46,180 bases of DNA from an uncultured Syntrophaceae bacterium. GTDB lineage: Bacteria; Desulfobacterota; Syntrophia; Syntrophales; UBA2192. Made by a program: the position numbers and the translations under genes. The stretch lies in assembly GCA_964478885.1 (NCBI GenBank), contig CAYZKT010000002.1, forward strand, positions 1 to 46,180, given 5' to 3'. Below are positions 37,995 through 46,180 of this stretch, piece after piece (the stretch's first letter is position 1; each line of letters opens with the position of its first letter). Under the pieces are notes generated by a model that ran no database searches, was not told where the DNA came from, and was given only the letters and a program-made list of their open reading frames with translations.

Positions 37995-40376
37995 CTACTT
38001 TGCTCCGGCGGTGCTCTCGAGCGGCTCGTTCTCCACCAGCTGCCAGATCCCGCAGGGACAGGCCCCCGCACAGAACCCGCAGCCGATGCAGCGATCCGCA
38101 TCGACAACGTACTCGTAGGCGCCGGAGCCCAGGTCCTTCCGCGAGATGGCGTTCTGCGGGCAGACCGTGACGCAGATCGAGCAGTCGCGGCAGGAGCCGC
38201 AGGAGGCGCATTCGGCGGCGCAGTCGTCCGCGTCGCCGAACCCCTTCACACGGGGGTCGTAGTACTCGAGCTTGATCCGGGCCGTCGGGATGGGCGGCAG
38301 CGTGTCGAGAGCGAGGTCGCGGCCCTGCAGCAGGGCGTCGATGGCTTCTGCGGCCTTTCGGCCGGCGCCGATGGCCTCCGTGAGGAGCCCCAGCCGCACC
38401 GAATCTCCCACGGCGAAAACCTTGGGGTCGCTCGTCTGGAAGCGCTCGTTGACGACGACGAACCCGCGCTCCGTCGCGATCGACTTGGGCAGGAAGCCCA
38501 GGTCGGGCATATCCCCGATCGCCACGACGACCGTGTCGGCGGGCAGCACGTCGCCCCGCGTGAGCTCGACGCCCTCCGCGGTGATCGCGCGCGCCGCGAC
38601 GGGCCAGAGGAATTTCGCCCCCGCCGCCTCGGCGTGCTCGCGTTCCTTCCCGAAGGAGGCGGGCTCCTGGATGTCGATGAGCGTGATCTCCCCGGCGCCG
38701 AGGCGGGCCGCCTCCGAGGCCGCGTCGCAGCCCACGTTGCCCGCGCCGATGACGACGACGCGCCTGCCGACGCGGATGAGGTTCGACTTGGCGGCCCGGA
38801 GGAAGTCGAGGGCCGGCAGGGCCCGCTCGATCCCGGGGATGGGGAGCATGCGGGGTTTCTGGGCCCCCGTGGCGATGACCGTGAAGTCGAACTCGTCGCG
38901 GATCTTCGTAAACTCCTCCCGGGTCATCTCCCGGTTGAGGTGGACCTTGGGAATGAGGCCCTTCACGCGGTCGATCTCGTGGCGGACGATCTCGTCGGGG
39001 ATGCGCAGGCTGGGGATGGAGCTCGTGATTTTGCCGCCCAGCTCCTCCCCGCGGTCGTACACGACGGGCTGGTGCCCCTTGAGGTAGAGCTGCCAGGCGA
39101 TGGAGAGGCCCGCGGGGCCCCCGCCGACGACGGCGACCCGGTAGCCCGTGGCCGGGGCCGGCTCGGGCGGTTTAGCCCGGAGGCTCGACTTGCCCAGGAC
39201 GGTGATGTCCACCGGTTTCATGCCCTCGACGGCGCGCGTGCAGTGCTGCATGCAGACGTTCGGGCAGAGGTAGCCGCAGACCGTGACGGGGAAGGGGGTG
39301 TAGGCCAGGGCGATGTCGACGGCCTCGTCGACGAGGCCCTTGCGAACCATCTCCCAGCGTTTCTGCACGGGGATGCCCGTGGGGCAGCTGGCCTGGCAGG
39401 GGGGCAGGAACTTGAGGTTTTCCCACACGGGGACGTAGCGCCGCAGGGTCCCCGTCGTGATGACCGGGATCGGGCTGCGGTCCAGGTCGGTCAGGTCCCC
39501 GATGAGGCCGCCTCTGCCCAGTTCCTGGTCCCAGACGAACCGGCGGAAATCGCCCATCCTGCGGACGGCCTTGACGCCCTTTTCACCGGGCTTGCGGGCC
39601 ACGAGGAGCTTCCACTCCGCGCGGTCCGAAAGCAGCGTCTCCTGCAGACTGACGCGGCCGATGGCGCGGAGGAACTCCTTCATGTTGGCGGCGAGCCAGT
39701 TCCACTCGCCGTCGCCGATTTCGGCGAGCCGGGCATCCTCGTTGCTGAAGCCCCTGTGGGGGCCGCGGAAGAAGATCCGGCCCCCCACCATGCCCACGCA
39801 GGGCCGGTGGCCGAGGACGTTGTCCCGGTGGTGCGCCTCGTGACCGCAGATGACGGCGGTGCCGCCCGCCATGAACTCCGCGAAGGAGTCCCCGGCGCCG
39901 CCGAGCACCCACAGCTCAGGCGCGGCGAACCGCGGGTTCTGCTTCGTCATCGTCATGCCGCGGGCCCCGATGTCGCCGGCCACGTAGATCTTCCCCTGCG
40001 CCATGGCGTTGCCCACACCGTTGGTCGCCTGGCCGTGGACGACGATCCGCGCCCCCGCGTTGAGCCAGCCCACGTCGTCCGAGGCGGGGCCCATGACCTC
40101 GATGAGGGTGTTCGGGAACCCCATGGAGCCCACGCGCTGCCCGGGGGATCCCGTGACCCGGACGGTCACGGCCTCGTCGCCGGCCTTCCAGAGCCGGCCG
40201 CCGATGCCGTGCTGCCCGAAGGCCTGCACCTCGATGAGGCGGTGGCCTTCGGCGACGGCCTTCTGAATGCGCTCCTCAAGGACGCGGGTCTCGACGCGCC
40301 TTCCGCTCTCGACGCCGTGGATCACCGCCGGCGCGCGCGCGGCTTCCTGTATTCTCTTCGGTGCGTTTTTTCGCAT
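37995..40376 (-). CDS. glutamate synthase GXGXG domain (GltB domain 3) fused to a GltD-like FeS/FAD-NAD(P)H oxidoreductase and a C-terminal 2x[4Fe-4S] ferredoxin
   Basis: Start at MRKNAPKR (ATG 40374-40376). GXGXG-type region QAFGQHGIGGRL...VTGSPGQRVGSMG...VHGQATNGVGNAM...VAGDIGARG. GltD-like CQASCPTGIP...CGYLCPNVCMQHC and VAVVGGGPAGLS. C-terminal CASCGSCRDCSICVTVCP and CIGCGFCAGACP. Confidence 0.85.
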   Translation of the reverse strand: MRKNAPKRIQEAARAPAVIHGVESGRRVETRVLEERIQKAVAEGHRLIEVQAFGQHGIGGRLWKAGDEAVTVRVTGSPGQRVGSMGFPNTLIEVMGPASDDVGWLNAGARIVVHGQATNGVGNAMAQGKIYVAGDIGARGMTMTKQNPRFAAPELWVLGGAGDSFAEFMAGGTAVICGHEAHHRDNVLGHRPCVGMVGGRIFFRGPHRGFSNEDARLAEIGDGEWNWLAANMKEFLRAIGRVSLQETLLSDRAEWKLLVARKPGEKGVKAVRRMGDFRRFVWDQELGRGGLIGDLTDLDRSPIPVITTGTLRRYVPVWENLKFLPPCQASCPTGIPVQKRWEMVRKGLVDEAVDIALAYTPFPVTVCGYLCPNVCMQHCTRAVEGMKPVDITVLGKSSLRAKPPEPAPATGYRVAVVGGGPAGLSIAWQLYLKGHQPVVYDRGEELGGKITSSIPSLRIPDEIVRHEIDRVKGLIPKVHLNREMTREEFTKIRDEFDFTVIATGAQKPRMLPIPGIERALPALDFLRAAKSNLIRVGRRVVVIGAGNVGCDAASEAARLGAGEITLIDIQEPASFGKEREHAEAAGAKFLWPVAARAITAEGVELTRGDVLPADTVVVAIGDMPDLGFLPKSIATERGFVVVNERFQTSDPKVFAVGDSVRLGLLTEAIGAGRKAAEAIDALLQGRDLALDTLPPIPTARIKLEYYDPRVKGFGDADDCAAECASCGSCRDCSICVTVCPQNAISRKDLGSGAYEYVVDADRCIGCGFCAGACPCGIWQLVENEPLESTAGAK

Positions 40377-40398
40377 GGCCACGTTGAGGTTCCTTCCG

Positions 40399-42033
40399 TT
40401 AGACGACGTATTTGATCTGCAGCCTCTCCGCGGCGCTGCGGTCGGAGATGCCAAGGGCGTCGGACATCCCGATGGGCAGCGACGTCGAGCGGCCGAGGGG
40501 GGCCACGATCTTCTTGAGCTCCGTGTCGAAGCTCAGGTAGACGTCCACCAGCCGCTGGGCCACGTGCTCGGGGTCGAGGCGCCTGTACAGGCGCGGGTCC
40601 TGGGAGGTGATGCCCTTGGGGCACTGGCCGATGTTGCAGATATTGCAGCGGTCGCTCTCCGAGCCCAGGCATCCCGCCGCGGCCTGCATGATGTACTTGC
40701 CCACCTGGACGCCGCTGGCGCCGAGCATGATGAGCGCCGCCGCGTTGGCCCCGAGGTTGCCGTTCTTGCCGATTCCCCCGCCGGCGAAGAGGGGAATCTC
40801 GTTCTGCTTGCCGATCTTGACGAGGGTCAGGTAGGCGTCGCGGATGTTGCTCGCGATGGGGTGCCCCATGTGGTCCATGGAGACGTTGTAGGCCGCCCCC
40901 GTGCCGCCGTCCTCGCCGTCGATGGCGAGCCCCGCCGCGATGGGGTTGCGGGCCAGGTTGTTCAGGACGGCCAGCGCCGTGCTGGTCCCGGAGATCTTCG
41001 GGTACACGGGCACCCGGAAGCCCCAGGCCATGTACATGGACTGGATCATCTTCGCCACGGACTCCTCGATGGAGTACTTCGTCTGGTGCGTGGGCGGGCT
41101 CGGCAGGCTCACGCCGGGGGGCACGCCGCGGACGCGGGCGATGAGGTTGTTGACCTTGTACCACATCAAGAGGCCCCCGTCGCCGGGCTTGGCGCCCTGG
41201 CCGTACTTGATCTCCACGGCGCAGGGGTCCTCCTTCATCTCGGGCAGGGCGCGGATGATCTCGTCCCAGCCGAAGTAGCCGCTGGCGATCTGGAGGATGA
41301 CGTACTTGAGGAAGCGCGAGCGCAGCAGGCGCGGCGGGCAGCCGCCCTCGCCGGTGCACATCCGCACGGGCATGCCCATCTCCTCGTTCAGGTAGGCAAC
41401 CCCCATCTGCAGACCCTCCCACATGGTGGGCGAGAGCGCCCCGAAGGACATGCTGCCGATGACGAGGGGGTAGATCTCCCGGACGGGCGGGATCCACCCG
41501 TTCTCGCGGCTGAACGCCAGGGCCTCCTCGGGGGGCAGGATGCGGCCGAGCAGCGTCCGCATTTCGAACTCGTGGCGGCCCGCGTCCAGGGCGGGGTCCG
41601 TCAGCATGGAGATGCGGATGAACTTGATCTGGTCGAGAAAGCTCCCGGGGGCGTTGCGCCTGCCGCCGCGGCGTCGCGGGATGCCGCCGTTATTGATGTG
41701 GAAGCGCTGCTTGTCCACGTCCTCGTTGAGCACGGGCAGGATCGCGTCGTTGGGGCACACCATGCTGCACATGGCGCAGCCGACGCAGGCGAAGGCGGCG
41801 TCGGTGCGCTGGTCGATGCCGTGGTAGACGGTGAACGCCGTGGCCGGCGTGTCCTTGATCCCCAGGGGCACGGTCACGAGCCGCTTGCGGTGAACGCCGA
41901 GCTCGATGGCCTGGACGGGGCAGGCGGCGGTGCAGCGCCCGCAGAGGGTGCACTTCTCCTTGTCCCACAGGATCCGCCAGTGCAGGTCCTTCGTGCTCAG
42001 TGCGGATGGGTGAAGGGTTCCCATTGGTTCCAT
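40399..42033 (-). CDS. glutamate synthase FMN-binding domain (GltB domain 2) with an N-terminal 2x[4Fe-4S] ferredoxin domain
   Basis: Start at MEPMGTL (ATG 42031-33; alternative ATG 42022-24). The rest of the tracked 932-aa ORF is out-of-frame overlap. CTLCGRCTAACP, CVGCAMCSMVCP. IGSMSFGALS, KYGQGAKPGDGG, GEDGGTGAA, AGGGIG. Confidence 0.85.
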   Translation of the reverse strand: MEPMGTLHPSALSTKDLHWRILWDKEKCTLCGRCTAACPVQAIELGVHRKRLVTVPLGIKDTPATAFTVYHGIDQRTDAAFACVGCAMCSMVCPNDAILPVLNEDVDKQRFHINNGGIPRRRGGRRNAPGSFLDQIKFIRISMLTDPALDAGRHEFEMRTLLGRILPPEEALAFSRENGWIPPVREIYPLVIGSMSFGALSPTMWEGLQMGVAYLNEEMGMPVRMCTGEGGCPPRLLRSRFLKYVILQIASGYFGWDEIIRALPEMKEDPCAVEIKYGQGAKPGDGGLLMWYKVNNLIARVRGVPPGVSLPSPPTHQTKYSIEESVAKMIQSMYMAWGFRVPVYPKISGTSTALAVLNNLARNPIAAGLAIDGEDGGTGAAYNVSMDHMGHPIASNIRDAYLTLVKIGKQNEIPLFAGGGIGKNGNLGANAAALIMLGASGVQVGKYIMQAAAGCLGSESDRCNICNIGQCPKGITSQDPRLYRRLDPEHVAQRLVDVYLSFDTELKKIVAPLGRSTSLPIGMSDALGISDRSAAERLQIKYVV

Positions 42034-43127
42034 GTCTTGATCTCCCTGCGGTTGTTGTCCACGTACGCCACGTCGTATTTCATGGGCTGAAAATCCTTGC
42101 TGCGGTCCCGGTCCGGGATGGCGGCGTCGAGGCCGCACAGCTCGGAGGAGACGGCGTACAGGCCGGGCTTGCCGCCGATGATGCCGGGGCGCAGCTTCTT
42201 GCTGTCCTGGACGACGAACAGCGTCCTGTCGGGCGTGAAGCCGATGACGCAGTTGGGTCCGTCGATGATCAGCGGCCGGCAGGTGTGCTTCAGAAGCCGC
42301 AGCCTCGACGTTTCGGGGTGCCTGGCCAGCTCGTCGTCCCTGAGCGGCGTGATGATGTGCTTGTAGCCCTCGAGGCCCATGCCGAGGTTGTAGAAGGTGT
42401 AGTGCAGGATGTGGGTGAAGACCTCCGAGTCCGACTGGTAGCCGATGTAGCCGGGGAACTGCCTCGACAGGAGAAACTCGCGGATCGGGGTGAAGGCCGT
42501 GTTTTCCCCGTTGGTCATCGTCGCCACGCCCTGGACGAAGAAGGGGTGGCATGCGTAGAGGGTGATGGCGTAGTTGGTGTTCTGGCGGCCCTGGGCCAGC
42601 ATGCTCCGGGCCAGGATGTTGCGGTCGCCCAGGTCGAGGTAGTCGGCGATCGCCAGGGGGTCGCCGATCTCCTTGAGCATGATCGTGTCGGGCCAGAAAC
42701 TGAAGACCATCATCGAGCCGTCCTCGAGCCCCATCTGGCGCAGGGTGACGCGGGTGAGCATGAGACGAAACCGGACCTCGGCCTTGGGGAGGTACTTCCA
42801 GTCGTCCGGGTAGTCGTAGACGCTGATCAGGTAGACGTCCCTGCGGGGCGTCCCCGCCGGGGCCGGCTTCGAGGGGCGGATCGTCCGCTCGAACTTCGGC
42901 CTGAAGCCCCGGGCCAGCATGTAATCGTCGAGCTTCTTCATGCCCGCATTGCTGAAGATGCCGGAGAGCGTGGGGAAGTCCTTGTAGGGCTCGAAATCGC
43001 CCGCCAAGTCCGTGAGGTACAGGCCGACACCCGATCCGTCGTGCCCCTCCTTCATGAGGTTGAGTGCCTCGAGGGCGACCATGGGGGAGATAGGGGCCTG
43101 GCTCGTGATGGCAAAAAGTCTGCACAT
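41997..43127 (-). CDS. glutamate synthase glutamine amidotransferase domain (class II/Ntn, GltB domain 1)
   Basis: 376 aa. N-terminal nucleophile MCRLFAI, GHDGSGVG, QGRQNTN. First gene of the three-gene set. Confidence 0.85.
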   Translation of the reverse strand: MCRLFAITSQAPISPMVALEALNLMKEGHDGSGVGLYLTDLAGDFEPYKDFPTLSGIFSNAGMKKLDDYMLARGFRPKFERTIRPSKPAPAGTPRRDVYLISVYDYPDDWKYLPKAEVRFRLMLTRVTLRQMGLEDGSMMVFSFWPDTIMLKEIGDPLAIADYLDLGDRNILARSMLAQGRQNTNYAITLYACHPFFVQGVATMTNGENTAFTPIREFLLSRQFPGYIGYQSDSEVFTHILHYTFYNLGMGLEGYKHIITPLRDDELARHPETSRLRLLKHTCRPLIIDGPNCVIGFTPDRTLFVVQDSKKLRPGIIGGKPGLYAVSSELCGLDAAIPDRDRSKDFQPMKYDVAYVDNNRREIKTWNQWEPFTHPH

Positions 43128-43260
43128 GATGCTGAATCCTCTGTGTATGCGGTGAGACGCGGGACAATCGCGCAGGTCCGTCGCAAATTAAGGACAATAT
43201 TGTTCTACTCGAATGCCGATGAACGAAATTGTAATTGCCGCCGCTTCCGCGTAAGGCGCC

Positions 43261-43470
43261 TCATTGGTCCATTCTGAAACGGCGCGGATCGATCCCGTAC
43301 TTGTGGATCTTGTAATGGATCACCCGCTTGGACGTCCCGAGCAGTTTGGCCGCCTGGCTTTGATTTCCCTGCGTGCTCACGAGGGCATCGATGATGAGGG
43401 CCCTTTCGTAGGCGTTCATGAGGCTCGCCAGGGAAGACACCGTCCTGCTTTCTATGGTCTGCGCTTTCAT
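43261..43470 (-). CDS. stand-alone Fis-type (HTH_8) DNA-binding protein, paralogous to the C-terminus of the adjacent sigma54 activator
   Basis: 69 aa. LMNAYERALIIDALVSTQGNQSQAAKLLGTSKRVIHYKIHKYGIDPRRF. GGTGGA lies 5-6 nt upstream of the ATG. An in-frame stop 17 codons upstream excludes a longer ORF. Confidence 0.7.
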   Translation of the reverse strand: MKAQTIESRTVSSLASLMNAYERALIIDALVSTQGNQSQAAKLLGTSKRVIHYKIHKYGIDPRRFRMDQ

Positions 43471-43525
43471 GATTTTCCACCCCGTCTGGTCATTGTGGAA
43501 TGCTGAACCGATGCAGACTCAGTTG

Positions 43526-43540
43526 ACAAGAAGCGTGCCA
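43526..43540 (-). promoter_or_regulatory. weak candidate sigma54 promoter upstream of the Fis-like gene and glutamate synthase genes
   Basis: Minus strand reads TGGCAC-GCTTC-TTGT. The -12 box is GT instead of GC. About 55 nt upstream of ATG 43470. Confidence 0.3.
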
Positions 43541-43762
43541 TGCGCTGCCCCGAGTCAATCCGATTGAAGGGCACATGCAAGTTAGCATGCCATGTATATG
43601 AAATGATTAGAGGTGTTCAGGATGCCAATGCCGGGTTCAGAATTCGGTCACGGCTGGAAACGCGCTGTGCAGCGGAAGTGGAAGAGATAAAGAGAACACA
43701 ATTGTTCCAAATCGATGTCGAGTCGAAAATCGTCCCGAATCCCTTTCAGCCGCCGGGCGGCC

Positions 43763-45286
<1,524 letters not shown>

Positions 45287-45361
45287 GTTCTGTCCTGACA
45301 GGCTCGGCAATTACACGTTTGTTCCTATAACGAAAAACAGCACAAAAAACAAGGATTCATC

Positions 45362-45375
45362 TTGTACATGTACAA
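45362..45375. promoter_or_regulatory. perfect 14-bp palindrome TTGTACATGTACAA in the divergent intergenic region (candidate operator)
   Basis: Read directly. Lies between the activator gene (minus) and the VIT-domain gene (plus). Confidence 0.25.
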
Positions 45376-45391
45376 AATTGTCACGTGAAGA

Positions 45392-45431
45392 CAGGGTTCA
45401 GGGGCCAGGGTTCAGGGTACAGGGGCAGGGG
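45392..45431. repeat. heptamer-periodic CAGGGKN microsatellite
   Basis: cagggtt caggggc cagggtt cagggta cagggg cagggg. Confidence 0.8.
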
Positions 45432-45537
45432 AAAAAGAATTCGTCCAGAAACCAGGCCATCCTCTGTACGGTGGGAACTTTTTTGGAATCACCTCTGTCT
45501 AATACATCAGAAGTCCCGAATCCAAAGGAGGTACCCC

Positions 45538-46180
45538 ATGAAACCGGCGATTCGAATGTTTGCCCTTCTCTTTCTCGTCGTGTCGATGATGCCCTGGGGC
45601 GCGGCCTATGCCCGCCCGGAGACGTCGGACGACCGTACCCTCTCCCCGTACTTCTTCGTGAAAAGCGACGATGCCTCGCTGGACCGGCTTCCCCTGAAAT
45701 CCACGTTCGCGTCGGTGCGGATTTCCGGGGTGATTGCCGACGTCCTCGTCACCCAGCTCTATAAAAATGAAGGGAAGAAGCCCATCGAGGCGGTCTATGT
45801 CTTCCCCGCCTCGACCCGGGCCGCCGTCTACGGAATGAAAATGACGATCGGCAAGCGCGTCGTCGAGGCGAAGATCCGGAAGCGCGACGAGGCCCGCCGA
45901 GACTACGAAAAGGCCCGCGGCGAGGGACGCAGCGCTTCCCTGCTCGAGCAGCACAGGCCCAACGTCCTCCAGATGAGCGTGGCCAACATCATGCCCGGCG
46001 ACGAGATCCGGGTGGAGATGCGGTACACGGAGCTGATCGTCCCGACGGACCGCGTCTGTGAATTCGTCTTCCCCGCCGTGGTCGGTCCCCGATACACCAA
46101 CCAGGCAGCCGAAAGGGCGCCCGCCCCGGAGCGCTGGGTGCAGAACCCGACCCTGCGGCAGGGCGAGGCCCCGAATTATG
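45538..46180 (+). CDS. secreted VIT (vault inter-alpha-trypsin) domain protein, N-terminal part; continues beyond the window end
   Basis: Absent from the ORF track (no stop in window). GGAGG 7 nt upstream. Signal peptide MKPAIRMFALLFLVVSMMPWGAAYA. LPLKSTFASVRISGVIADVLVTQLYKNEGKKPIEAVYVFPASTRAAVYGMKM...SLLEQHRPNVLQMSVANIMPGDEI...VVGPRY. Confidence 0.8.
   Translation, partial: MKPAIRMFALLFLVVSMMPWGAAYARPETSDDRTLSPYFFVKSDDASLDRLPLKSTFASVRISGVIADVLVTQLYKNEGKKPIEAVYVFPASTRAAVYGMKMTIGKRVVEAKIRKRDEARRDYEKARGEGRSASLLEQHRPNVLQMSVANIMPGDEIRVEMRYTELIVPTDRVCEFVFPAVVGPRYTNQAAERAPAPERWVQNPTLRQGEAPNY

Noticed and set aside
40399-43197. Tracked 932-aa ORF suggesting one giant glutamate synthase gene.
   Set aside because: Only the C-terminal 545 aa (from MEPMGTL) look like protein. 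The N-terminal part is compositional junk that overlaps, in another frame, the well-formed amidotransferase gene 41997..43127 (MCRLFAI...).
43576-43592. TGGCATGCTAACTTGCA as a sigma54 promoter.
   Set aside because: The GG-to-GC spacing is one nucleotide too long, and sigma54 promoters are strict about spacing. It is mentioned only as context.

Overview
This is a 46.2-kb, visibly high-GC bacterial chromosomal segment, densely packed with housekeeping and metabolic genes. Gene content (tungsten/molybdenum AOR, system II cytochrome c biogenesis, TAXI-TRAP transporter, heavy sigma54 use) suggests an anaerobic Desulfobacterota-like organism, but that is inference only.

I found no rRNA, tRNA, CRISPR array, transposase, integrase or phage genes, and no convincing defence, toxin or secondary-metabolite system.

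Left half (1-24.6 kb):
- a partial AOR with a Tat-signal ferredoxin and a divergent ModE-type regulator
- ftsH and resB-ccsA
- a small secreted protein, a PhzF-family protein, DUF72, malQ and a CBS-M50 protease
- an orphan radical SAM gene, a Tat-signal Fe-SOD and a 2-hydroxyacid dehydrogenase
- a split manC, a double-LbH protein, hisHF and a GH13 enzyme
- a TAXI-type TRAP transporter

Right half (about 24.6-45.3 kb, all minus strand) is a glutamine-centred nitrogen-assimilation supercluster:
- a GAF-sigma54 activator and a stand-alone Fis-type HTH
- a three-gene split and re-fused glutamate synthase
- glnA, carAB and purF
- two amt-PII pairs and an internally deleted DapB-like ORF
- three -24/-12 sigma54 promoter matches, two of them perfect

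Observations most worth follow-up:
1. Two tandem, paralogous, terminator-ended structured RNAs lie in the only large gene-free gap (29.9-30.35 kb).
2. The DapB-like remnant sits behind a consensus sigma54 promoter.
3. Extreme AT islands lie upstream of the amt genes.
4. A family of GAAG-periodic and CAGGG-periodic intergenic repeats occurs across the window. Some form ~100-bp palindromic elements and some have been absorbed into ORF ends (CarB tail, ResB N-terminus).

All calls rest on reading the sequence and translated ORFs by eye. No database search was run.
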